A stretch of DNA of 64,000 nucleotides. It comes from Nitrospirota bacterium (GTDB taxonomy: Bacteria; Nitrospirota; UBA9217). Numbering within the stretch: position 1 is the stretch's first letter; each line of letters begins with the position of its first letter. Location: NCBI GenBank assembly GCA_963751455.1, contig CAVVUN010000001.1, positions 288,001 through 352,000 of the forward strand. The letters run 5' to 3'. Below are positions 9,071 through 18,022 of the stretch, in pieces. The notes beneath the pieces are model-generated. The model had not been told where the DNA came from, searched no databases, and worked only from the letters and a program-made list of their open reading frames with translations. The position numbers were made by a program, and so were the translations under genes.

Positions 9071-9223
9071 CTGGAAATAGCAAAAAAAGAAGGTTGATTC
9101 TGATCCGTTGAGTCTTACATCGCTGTTTCGTGCCTCATCGGCAATGGCGATATCAGTGTAACGTCACGTTGCGATTGGGCTGCTCTTTTTTTTCAATCAT
9201 TGGTTTAACACAGGAGATCGCGT

Positions 9224-10499
9224 ATGGACACTGATCTGGATTCCGCCAACAAATATTTTCTCGGTCGTTCACGGCGGCTGTTGTCTCTGCTGCTGATTCT
9301 CTGCATTTCGGGCTCGGGCCTGGTGGCCGGAATACTGCTGAAGGGCAGCCAGCAGGAAACTTTCGAGGCCGAGAATATAGTCAAGGGCTCCATCCGTCGT
9401 GGAGACACCATTTCATCCCTGCTCGGATCTGTGTTCAGCCCGAAAGAAATACATGACTTGATCCGGCAATCCCGTGAAGTCTATCCCCTTACCAGGATTT
9501 CCGTGGGTCAACCCTACAAGCTGTCTTTGAGCGGAGGCAGCTTCAAACGTTTCGCCTATGACATCGATTCCAACGATCAACTGATAATATACCGTGATGA
9601 TAACGGCTTTTCCGTGTCCCGGGAACCAATCCAGTATATGGTCGAACACGCTGCTGTAAAGGGCACCATCGAATCGAGCCTGTTCCAGGCGGTGGTCGAT
9701 ATCGGCGAAAGCGAAGGGCTGGCCCTTCAGCTTGCGGACATTTTTGCCTGGGACATAGACTTTTTCAATGACATCCGGGTCAACGACTCTTTCGAGGTCG
9801 TGGTTGAAAAACGATACCGCAAAGGTCAGCCGTCGGGTAACGGCCGCCTGCTCGCAGCAAGCTTCACGGTTCAGGACCAGACCTACAAGGCCTTCTATTT
9901 TCAGGACGGCAACCAGGCTCCGGGCTACTATGACGAGAATGGACACAGTTTGCGCAAGGCCTTTCTAAAAGCTCCGCTTTCCTTCAGCCGCATCTCTTCC
10001 GGTTTCAGCATGCGTCGACTCCACCCGGTTACGCACCGCGTCAAGGCGCATCCGGCCATCGACTATGCCGCGCCGTCAGGGACACCCATTCAAACTGTCG
10101 GCGACGGCACCATCACCTTCGCCCGCCTATAAAGGCGACAACGGCAAATGCGTCAAGATTCGACACCCCAACGGATGGATTACGATGTACAACCACCTCA
10201 GCCGTTTCGGCAAGAACATCCAGGCGGGAAAGAAGGTCCAACAGGGTCAGGTTATCGGTTATGTGGGCAGCACCGGCCTGTCCACTGGCCCCCATCTCGA
10301 CTTCCGCATGTACAGAGACGGTAAACCGGTGAACCCCCTGACGATCAAATCGCCCCCTGCAATACCGGTCTCTACCGCGAATCTTGCGGATTTCAAGGCA
10401 ATGGTTGCCGATCGGCTGGCATTCATGGAAACTCAACCGTCACAGATTACTGCAAAGGCAACACTTACCCTGCAGTCTCCCACACCAAACGGGACATAG
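9224..10499 (+). pseudogene. M23 family peptidase (MepM/Csd-like), frameshifted near 10123
   Basis: HPAIDY in the first frame; YNHL and STGPHLDF in the second; removing one C from GCCCGCC restores TFAAYKG. Could be an assembly error. Confidence 0.85.
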
Positions 10500-10567
10500 G
10501 AGACAGCCTTACAGGATTCCGGGAAAAGGATTCGTAGCGGAGGCAAACTCAAGGCTTGGACGCGGGG

Positions 10568-11191
10568 TCACAACTTAGGGAACCGTATGCGGCTGACCAT
10601 AAGTGAGCCGGAGACCGCGAAGAGCAATAGCGGATGAAGCGTGAAGCCGGCAAGTTTAACCCTTCCAAACCAGAGTGTTTCGTGCAGAGCGCCCTGGGAG
10701 GCAGCAATCCACATCATAATAACCAGCAATAGCGACGTTGGAATGGGAGTTCCTTCGAAGTACTTCACCTTATCTCCGCCTTCAGACAGCGCCTCGGCCG
10801 TAACGTTGAAGCGGGCCAGGCGAGAAACTCCGCAAGCAACGAAAAAGGTCAGGACAATACGGTCGTAAAAGCCCTGCATGCCGCAGCCGTATGCAATCAC
10901 AGCCGGGGCTACACCGAAGGAAACAATGTCAGCGAGCGAGTCAAGGTCTCTGCCCATGGCCGAAGTCTTTTGCCGCCATCGCGCAATCCTTCCATCCAGG
11001 ACATCGAACACAAAAGCAGCAACCACTGACGAGCAAGCAAAGTAGATATGCTTGACGTTGGCCGTTTGCAGGTATGTCATCATAGCAAACAACGCCGACA
11101 TGCCGCAGGCTGCGTTCGCCAGTGTAAACCAGTCGGCAAGATGGAACTCTCGAATCATCGAGAAAGGTTTATTCTTTCCATAAATAGCCAT
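10568..11191 (-). CDS. pssA: CDP-diacylglycerol--serine O-phosphatidyltransferase
   Basis: CDP-alcohol phosphotransferase motif DVLDGRIAR..G..LDSLAD; RLARFNV; FEGTPIP. Confidence 0.88.
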   Translation of the reverse strand: MAIYGKNKPFSMIREFHLADWFTLANAACGMSALFAMMTYLQTANVKHIYFACSSVVAAFVFDVLDGRIARWRQKTSAMGRDLDSLADIVSFGVAPAVIAYGCGMQGFYDRIVLTFFVACGVSRLARFNVTAEALSEGGDKVKYFEGTPIPTSLLLVIMMWIAASQGALHETLWFGRVKLAGFTLHPLLLFAVSGSLMVSRIRFPKL

Positions 11192-11367
11192 GGCTGACAG
11201 TATTCCTTATATGGCAACAACAGACGATGTCTGTCGCTGGCTTTGCAAGCAGAACCAATTCAACATCATCAAGTCCCTTCTCACTTTCCTCAAGGCGCAT
11301 TCTCGCGGCGCGAAGCGCCGGGAGAACCGCGCGGGTGAGGCGCCACCCGTCGCGCTCGACCTGCTGG

Positions 11368-12456
11368 TTAATTTGAGGAATGTGTTGTGTTTGAGCCAGT
11401 TTGCGTCTCGGAGGGCGCTGAAATATCTTCTGTGTTAGATTCGACGCGCCTGATCATCTGCGTAACTGCATCTTTAGCGTTTATCGGCAATAACTTCATG
11501 TTCGGATGTTGTCTTGCGAAAACTCGAAAAACTTCATCGGCAAACGCTTGGCCGATAGATTCAACATCCTTGAAGTCGAACAATACCGTTTTGAACCGTT
11601 CTATCCGTATCAGTAGCCGTTTCGCTTGTGACCTGGAGACGAGTTGTTCGTTCTCATATTGTGCAAGCCGAACGGGCACAACAGTTTTCGTAAATCCATA
11701 ATCATCGTCAGAATATTTGTTAAAAATCTCTTCAGTTGTTCGTGCCGTATTATTTCTTAATTTCATGGTTATGAACGTGCCATTTTGATATTTCGAAGTT
11801 TGTAATATCCAATCTTCATCCTTATCATATGCATGCGAGAGAAAAACTTCACCAGATAAAATGCTATATTCATCGAACATTCGTGAACTAAAAAAGATAC
11901 CCTCTCCACTGTGACGAGTTGGATCCGTTGTTAGCTTTCCCTTAGTCAGTTCAATTACTGCGTGACGTTCATCAAGAAGGTCCATCGCATTTTTAATTTT
12001 TGTGAAAATGCCTATCCCATTATCCCATATGTACATTTCTGTTGAAGTTGCAGTTTTCTTTATATTAATGGTGACGGTCGTACCTTCGGAGTGGTCAATA
12101 ACATTGTTGAACATCTCTGAAAAGCCATGATTCCAAATAGCAAGTGCCTTATCCGGTAGCGAACTTAATTTTGGCTTTACTTCATTTCGCCAGACCACAT
12201 CCTCAGCACGAGTATTCGTGAGAAAGAATGTTTCATTCCATTCAAACTGTGGATGCAAAGAATAGCGTACACTCTTAGCTTTTCCTTCTCGGATTAAAGC
12301 CTTTTGCTCTATGAGTTGCTTGATATGTTTATTGACAGCTTGTCGTGAAACGGCAAATGTTTCGCCTGTAATATTCACTATATCTTTCGGATTTTTTTCA
12401 ACATTTTCAAGAATAAACTCTCTTATTATTTCACCGCGTTTCCTTAATTTGGTCAT
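11368..12456 (-). CDS. HTH + HATPase + STAS-like (DUF4325) protein
   Basis: N-terminal VSRQAVNKHIKQL HTH; EMFNNVIDHS, DNGIGI, HSGEGIFF GHKL boxes; C-terminal SRSQAKRLL..IGQAFADEVFRVF; AT-rich. Confidence 0.85.
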   Translation of the reverse strand: MTKLRKRGEIIREFILENVEKNPKDIVNITGETFAVSRQAVNKHIKQLIEQKALIREGKAKSVRYSLHPQFEWNETFFLTNTRAEDVVWRNEVKPKLSSLPDKALAIWNHGFSEMFNNVIDHSEGTTVTINIKKTATSTEMYIWDNGIGIFTKIKNAMDLLDERHAVIELTKGKLTTDPTRHSGEGIFFSSRMFDEYSILSGEVFLSHAYDKDEDWILQTSKYQNGTFITMKLRNNTARTTEEIFNKYSDDDYGFTKTVVPVRLAQYENEQLVSRSQAKRLLIRIERFKTVLFDFKDVESIGQAFADEVFRVFARQHPNMKLLPINAKDAVTQMIRRVESNTEDISAPSETQTGSNTTHSSN

Positions 12457-12457
12457 A

Positions 12458-12536
12458 TATCAAACCTCAACTACAGTATTTGACAACCTTTACTGTTGGA
12501 ATTGTAAACCTTAATGGTTTGATTGTCAACCTTAAT
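12458..12536. promoter_or_regulatory. four direct repeats TTGTCAACCTT-like at 21-22 bp period
   Basis: Units start at 12458, 12480, 12502 and 12523, immediately upstream of the HTH gene start. Confidence 0.6.
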
Positions 12537-13083
12537 ATGCTAACCAATTGATTTCATGGCTATTATACTGGAGGGCAATAATGGCAGGCATCGTGCCAAT
12601 CATTGGGAATTAACGTGAAAACTGCGTATAAAACGTTAGAAGCTTAACAAAGCGTTCGAGAACAGCTTTACATGGGCCTCCCAAACTAAACGCTTAGGGC
12701 ATGTTATTGATTAAAAGGAAAATGCCGGGAGGTTTTTGGGCGAGATGGGGTTCGCTTACCGGGTCGGACCAAATTAAGTTATTGTACCTCAAAGATTATC
12801 ATTCCAAAAGTAGACTTTTTCAAGGCTTAGAGGCACTTTTTCATGGCCCAAAAGCGGCTTATAAGCTGCCACATCCTCCCGCAACTCATACCTGCCATCC
12901 GTGTCGTATATATCACGGCCCTTGGCCTTTGATTAACGATCCTCTATCCATCCCCGGTAAGCCTCTGCAAGCTCATCCATAGAATTGAAATTCAAACATC
13001 CTTGCAGTCCCCTCTGTGTCAATATGACTGAGACACCTCCCCTATGGTAAATTAGAGTAGCGGGCGGGGGAGGAAATAACCTT

Positions 13084-13587
13084 ATGATAGCAACAAAGAT
13101 CAAAGCAACCCAGGGAAACGAAGGGGCCCGTAGGGCGACTGAGGTTCCCTGGGACGAGCCCCAGCAAGAAGTCAATTCTCATCAAGGTATGGCTTCGGTC
13201 CTGCCGGACCCCGAGGTTCCGGCCAAAGCCGTGCGGCGACGTTTTACAGCTGAATACAAGCTTCGAGTCCTTACGCTTGCCGATGCCTGCGATGAGCCGG
13301 GGTGCCTTGGTACGCTCCTGCGCCGAGAAGGGCTCTATGCATCGAATCTCAAAACCTGGCAAGGTCAGCGCGACCGCGGCGTACTATCCGGCCTCGCGCC
13401 CAAGAAGCGAGGGCGTAAGGAATCAGTCCGCCATCCTCTCCATGTAGAGAACGAAAAGCTCCGCAAAGAGAATGAACGGCTTACCAATCGTCTCAGGCAG
13501 GCCGAAATTATCATCGACGTTCAAAAAAAAATATCACAGATTCTGGGGATCCCGCCTGCGACCCCGGTGAAAGGAGAGAGCGAATAA
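13084..13587 (+). CDS. IS3-family transposase OrfA
   Basis: RRRFTAEYK HTH region, coiled coil, A9 slippery run at 13523-13531. Confidence 0.9.
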   Translation: MIATKIKATQGNEGARRATEVPWDEPQQEVNSHQGMASVLPDPEVPAKAVRRRFTAEYKLRVLTLADACDEPGCLGTLLRREGLYASNLKTWQGQRDRGVLSGLAPKKRGRKESVRHPLHVENEKLRKENERLTNRLRQAEIIIDVQKKISQILGIPPATPVKGESE

Positions 13588-14603
13588 TGGAAGCCGCTCT
13601 TACTCTTTCCTGTGATATCGGGATCAAATCAGCATGTGCATCGCTCGATGTGCCTCGTTCAGGGTTCTACCGGACGCAGGCACGAAAAAATGCGCCTCTC
13701 CTGGAGCGCAGAAAACGTCCGAGACCTCCTCGTGCACTCTCTTCAGACGAACGGCAAGGAGTACTCGATATTCTCCATGCCGACCGTTTCACCGACAAGG
13801 CACCCCAAGAGGTCTATGCAACCCTTCTGGATGAAGGGGAATATCACTGCTCTATAAGCACCATGTACCGCATCCTCGACGAAAACCAGGAGGTCAAGGA
13901 GCGCAGGAACCAGCTCACCCATCCCGTGTATCAGAAGCCGGAACTTTTGGCCACGGCACCGAACCAAGTCTGGTCCTGGGACATTACGAAGCTTTTAGGC
14001 CCGGCAAAATGGACCTATTTTTACCTCTACGTGATCATGGACATCTTCAGCCGCTACGTCGTCGGCTGGATGATCGCCCCTGCTGAATCGGCTTCATTGG
14101 CGGAAAGGCTCATCAAGGAAACCTGCGCAAAGCAGAATATCGAAAAAGGACAGCTCACGATTCACGCGGACCGCGGCTCTTCCATGAGGTCCAAGCCGGT
14201 TGCCTTGCTCATGGCTGATCTGGGGGTCACGAAGACTCACAGCAGGCCGTATACGAGCGATGATAATCCGTTTTCCGAGTCACAATTCAAGACGCTCAAG
14301 TACCGGCCGGATTTCCCCGATCGGTTCGGCTGCATCGAGGACAGCCGAGGTTTCTGCCAAGTCTTTTTCCCTTGGTACAATACCGAGCATCACCACTCCG
14401 GCATCGGACTGCTTACGCCGGAATCCGTCCATTACGGAGTTGCCGAAGACGTGCAAAAAGCCAGAAGCGTGGTGCTTCTTACAGCGTACGAGGCGCATCC
14501 TGAAAGGTTCGTGAGGAAGATCCCGGTTCCTCCTTCATTACCGGACGCGGTGTGGATTAATAAGCCGAAACCGATCCCTCTGAGCGAGGAAAAAGTACAC
14601 TAA
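13587..14603 (+). CDS. IS3-family transposase OrfB (DDE)
   Basis: PNQVWSWDIT, HADRG, DNPFSESQFKTLK rve motifs. Confidence 0.95.
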   Translation: MEAALTLSCDIGIKSACASLDVPRSGFYRTQARKNAPLLERRKRPRPPRALSSDERQGVLDILHADRFTDKAPQEVYATLLDEGEYHCSISTMYRILDENQEVKERRNQLTHPVYQKPELLATAPNQVWSWDITKLLGPAKWTYFYLYVIMDIFSRYVVGWMIAPAESASLAERLIKETCAKQNIEKGQLTIHADRGSSMRSKPVALLMADLGVTKTHSRPYTSDDNPFSESQFKTLKYRPDFPDRFGCIEDSRGFCQVFFPWYNTEHHHSGIGLLTPESVHYGVAEDVQKARSVVLLTAYEAHPERFVRKIPVPPSLPDAVWINKPKPIPLSEEKVH

Positions 14604-14758
14604 ATTCGGACGCGGGGTGTCTCAAAGTCATTGACAAATTCCGAGGATCGTTCCTCGCCTTTTTTCCCTACCTTGATTCTTATATTTCCCAAGCCTGCCT
14701 TTTTGTAAAAACAATTATAATCAATTAGAAGGTGAGGCTTGATCTAAATGAGCGACGG

Positions 14759-15303
14759 AAAATAATGCTAAACATGAACATCATAACTTCGTGATACGCC
14801 AATCCCTATTCTAAATTTGAAATGTAATTTTAAACTTGACATATAACTTAACTACTTGTAAAATAACATTATTTATAAATTAAGTAAAAGTTGTTGGATT
14901 GGAAGAAGATCAGAGCGGGCTGACTTTACCGAAAAATATAAATCATAAAGCGATCAAAAAAATAGCAGCGCGTTTTAAATTAAAAATAAAAAGTACTTAT
15001 AATTTTAATAAATAGATATATATCTTATTAATCAAGTATATAAAGTTATAAGATTATAATCTTAAAATGAATTACAAACTTTTATAACCAAGCAATAAAA
15101 TAATGCTAAATTCAAACATCATATTATAGTGAAATGCCAAATCCTATTCTAGATTAATATATGGAGTTTTAAACTTAACAAAAATCTAAAATGCCATAAA
15201 CAAAGGTTATTTTTATACAAAAAAATATAATTGGATTGGAGGAAGAAAAGATCGGGGTGACTTTTGCCGGAAATATATATCCACAAAAGATCCAGAAAAA
15301 GCA
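14759..15303. repeat. diverged direct repeat, two ~205-bp units 338 bp apart (14759-14967 and 15097-15303)
   Basis: Collinear shared blocks AAAATAATGCTAAA, AACATCATA, CCTATTCTA, TTTTAAACTT, TTGGATTGGA.GAAGA, TGACTTT, AAATATA. Confidence 0.8.
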
Positions 15304-15424
15304 CAATGCCATGCTATTTATGAATAATAGTACATGCGTAACTATATTATAGTTAAAAATAGGTTGATTTAAAAGTTAGAATATGATATAGATTATGCTT
15401 AATTCATTATTCGGAGGAAAAACA

Positions 15425-15847
15425 ATGAGCGATGTAAATGACAACAACTTAAAGAAAAGAATTGTTGCGGAAATGACTGATGATTATTCTAACGCTTTAG
15501 AAAAAAATTTTGAAGAGGCTAAGCGTCTTTTGCGTGTAACAAAAGAAGGCAAAGTAACCGTTTTGTTCAAGGATAAGCTAGCTGGCGAAGAGAAGATTGC
15601 TCTTTATCTTATTGGAAAATTATACGCAAAAGAAGCAGGTTTTATAGAAAAACAGGAGGTAGACAACAAAGAGTTAATGGATGAACTAGGCATCCCAAAA
15701 GGTTCTTTGCTTCCCTGGCTAAAGAATCTCCGAGATAGGAAAAAAGCAAAACAAATAAAGACAGGTCGTAATGTTTTACATACGATACCAGTAAATTTAA
15801 TAGAAAAAACCCTAAAGGAGATTGGGAAAAAACTAGAGACCTTCTAA
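15425..15847 (+). CDS. hypothetical protein, putative winged-helix DNA-binding domain
   Basis: GGAGG RBS; NKELMDELGIPKGSLLPWLKNL looks like an HTH followed by a wing. Confidence 0.7.
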   Translation: MSDVNDNNLKKRIVAEMTDDYSNALEKNFEEAKRLLRVTKEGKVTVLFKDKLAGEEKIALYLIGKLYAKEAGFIEKQEVDNKELMDELGIPKGSLLPWLKNLRDRKKAKQIKTGRNVLHTIPVNLIEKTLKEIGKKLETF

Positions 15848-15858
15848 GGAGGATTAAA

Positions 15859-16269
15859 ATGGAGGCATTAAAAGAGATCGCTGAGATTGAAAAAAGAATA
15901 CAGGACCATGAAAAAAGAATATCGGACTTGGAAAAACTACTGCAATCGAAACCCGATGGCATAAAGAAAAAAATGTCGATTAAGGAATTCCTTTTAACAA
16001 AGGGTGCGAAAGATGACCAGCAGCGTACTTTGACTATTGGTTATTTCCTTGAAAAGTACGAGAACATGACTTTATTTAATGCCAAAGATTTGGAGAAAAG
16101 CTTCAGGGACGCGAAGCAAAAACCGCCACAAAATATAAACGATAAGGTTAACAAAAATATACAGAAAGGCTATATGATGGAAGCTTCTGAAGCAAAAGAT
16201 AGCAAAAAGGCCTGGGTTTTAACAAACACAGGAGAGGAAATCGTAGAAAGCAACTTCAATGAGGAATAG
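15859..16269 (+). CDS. hypothetical protein, N-terminal coiled coil + putative winged helix
   Basis: GGAGG RBS; heptad N-terminus; C-terminal KGYM..WVLTNTGEEIVE wing signature. Confidence 0.7.
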   Translation: MEALKEIAEIEKRIQDHEKRISDLEKLLQSKPDGIKKKMSIKEFLLTKGAKDDQQRTLTIGYFLEKYENMTLFNAKDLEKSFRDAKQKPPQNINDKVNKNIQKGYMMEASEAKDSKKAWVLTNTGEEIVESNFNEE

Positions 16270-16272
16270 GTT

Positions 16273-17064
16273 ATGGATAAAGAGCTTATTCAAAAATTTA
16301 AAGAAGTAGATACCTCAACCTTCCCAGACTTTGGGCACTACGACAAGCCTCTCGAAATGAGCTTATGGGTACTCTGGGTTGCAAAGGAAAAGTTAAGCAT
16401 CAAAAAAATGACTGCCGATGATGTCGCAGTTATCATTCGGGACATATATGAAACGAGCATTGAGGCAAAAGCGATATTAAGATCATTTAGCAGGGCTGGA
16501 AATAAAGTTCACACATACCAAGAAACAGAAAATGGAGCGACGCTTCATTATTATGAGATTATGCGTCATGGGAAAGAACATCTAGCCTCACTCGTAAGGG
16601 AGGGTGCGGTCGATGTCGTTTATTTTGAACCGGATAAAAGATACACGAGCAAAAGGTTACTGGCTAAGAATATTCTTGATAAACTTTCAGGGGATTTAAT
16701 GATAGTAGACCCATTTTGTGGAACGGCAACCTTAGATTTATTAAGTAATATTAAGGATAAAAAAATACGTTTGCTAACCAAGACGGAGAAATTACAAGAA
16801 CATGTTCGAAGCCGGTTTTTGCGCGAATTAAAAGATTTCAACCTCGAACATGCTCACGTAGAGTTTAAAAATTATCCTTACGATGATTTGCATGATCGCT
16901 ATGTATTGTCTTCAGATTACCTAGTTATACTGGGGCATAGCATCAAGGACCTTGGCGCCAAAGAGTCCTTTGCAGTTATATTGAACAAAAAAGATAGCGT
17001 TAATCTGATTGAAGCTGTAATAGAAAACTTCAACAGACGCTGGAAGCAGTCGATGGTGCTCTAA
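16273..17064 (+). CDS. putative wHTH + PLD-fold (HDR-type) nuclease-like protein
   Basis: YEIMRHGKEHL wing-like end of N-terminal domain; IVDPF..IRLLT..LHDRYVL..LGHSIKDLG in C-terminal domain. Confidence 0.7.
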   Translation: MDKELIQKFKEVDTSTFPDFGHYDKPLEMSLWVLWVAKEKLSIKKMTADDVAVIIRDIYETSIEAKAILRSFSRAGNKVHTYQETENGATLHYYEIMRHGKEHLASLVREGAVDVVYFEPDKRYTSKRLLAKNILDKLSGDLMIVDPFCGTATLDLLSNIKDKKIRLLTKTEKLQEHVRSRFLRELKDFNLEHAHVEFKNYPYDDLHDRYVLSSDYLVILGHSIKDLGAKESFAVILNKKDSVNLIEAVIENFNRRWKQSMVL

Positions 17065-17368
17065 TCAAAGTAAGGGGGGAAGTTATAGGTCAAAGGGAAA
17101 TATAGGTTGCACGAGTGTTCGAAAGCGCGTTGAACTTTTTCTTGGCGTACCTGCAATATGGGAAAGGAAAAAATCAGGATAGATCATGGGAGGCAAATGT
17201 ATGTCAGAAGAAAACAATGAAACTAAGCATGGACATTTGTTAAAGAAGCTTAATGAAATGAAACGATTAGTAGATGATTGCATCGCGAGCATAATCGATA
17301 TCGACCCGTCAAATTACACCTTGCAAGAGAAAGCAAAACCGGTAAGCTTTGAAAAGCTTGATTTTAAA

Positions 17369-17928
17369 GTGAATTACCCCGCAGCAGAGCTGCGGGGCAT
17401 CCTAAAACCGGCTAAAACCTAAAATCTATTTGCTCATCATGCTGATATCGAATATACTTTCTGATAACTTCTGCCGTCACTTTGTCGCCAACCGAACGGA
17501 CAAAGTAACCATCATTCCAGAGTTCCCCTCCCCAAAGCTTTTTCTTTATCTCAGGGAATTCGCGAAACATTATCTTTGCGGATATACTTTTGACTATCTG
17601 CACTACCCTCGCTGGAGCATACTTCGGTGGCACAACCCAAAACAAATGCACGTGATCATCCATTACTTCCATCGTGTCTATCTCAAATTCATATTGCTCT
17701 GCGATCTCACGAAATATCTCTTTCAGTCTCTTCGTCATTCGATCGTTGAACAGTTTCTTCCGATATTTTGGAATCCATACGAAATGATACTTCAGATCAT
17801 AGACGCTATGTTTGGTTCTTCTCAATGGGCTCATGGCCCGTATTGTAACAGATTCTCATCCTGACTTCGTCAGGATTGTCCTTTTCATCCCAGCAGTAGA
17901 ACTGCTGGGTATTCAAGGACAGTTTTTT
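17369..17928 (-). mobile_element. IS200-like element (tnpA only, 560 bp)
   Basis: Subterminal hairpins at both ends; on the minus strand it follows TTTAT and ends in TTCAC; no target duplication. Confidence 0.88.
17412..17834 (-). CDS. tnpA: IS200/IS605 Y1 (HUH) transposase
   Basis: YHFVWIPKYR, DHVH, LWNDGYFVRSVG, YIRYQ. Confidence 0.95.
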   Translation of the reverse strand: MSPLRRTKHSVYDLKYHFVWIPKYRKKLFNDRMTKRLKEIFREIAEQYEFEIDTMEVMDDHVHLFWVVPPKYAPARVVQIVKSISAKIMFREFPEIKKKLWGGELWNDGYFVRSVGDKVTAEVIRKYIRYQHDEQIDFRF

Positions 17929-17944
17929 ATAAACATTCGTGCCT

Positions 17945-18022
17945 TCATGAAAAAATATAACAGGAAACAATGAATGCCAAAGCAATAAATGATGCTGCTA
18001 ATTTTTTTCCCGTCAGCTTCAT
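17945..18022 (-). pseudogene. truncated lipoprotein-like gene remnant (MKLTGKKLAASFIALAFIVSCYIFS)
   Basis: GGAG RBS, basic N-region, hydrophobic core, lipobox-like IVSC, then an early stop. Confidence 0.45.

Larger units (their letters stand above)
13010..14643 (+). mobile_element. IS3-family insertion sequence, copy 1 (1634 bp)
   Basis: Subterminal IR TGTCAAT..TGAGACACC; ends defined by shared sequence with the inverted copy; orfA and orfB. Confidence 0.92.
17201..17973 (+). pseudogene. fourth island gene, interrupted by IS200 and apparently 3'-truncated
   Basis: GGAGG RBS; removing 17369-17928 rejoins ..EKLDFK|INIRAFMKKYNRKQ* in frame. Confidence 0.7.

Noticed and set aside
12701-12982. 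93-aa ORF after the attC-like site as a cassette gene
   Set aside because: No clear RBS and no recognisable protein features
15175-15312. 45-aa hydrophobic minus-strand ORF in the second repeat unit as a type I toxin
   Set aside because: The equivalent frame in the first unit has stops, and the hydrophobicity follows from the T-rich strand
15425-17064. ESCRT-II/MITD1-like membrane-remodelling system (winged helices plus MIT_C-type PLD)
   Set aside because: Only a fold-level coincidence; no ESCRT-III/PspA, MIT or AAA ATPase gene nearby
17369-17928. TnpB/IscB RNA-guided nuclease cargo
   Set aside because: The element is only 560 bp and holds tnpA alone
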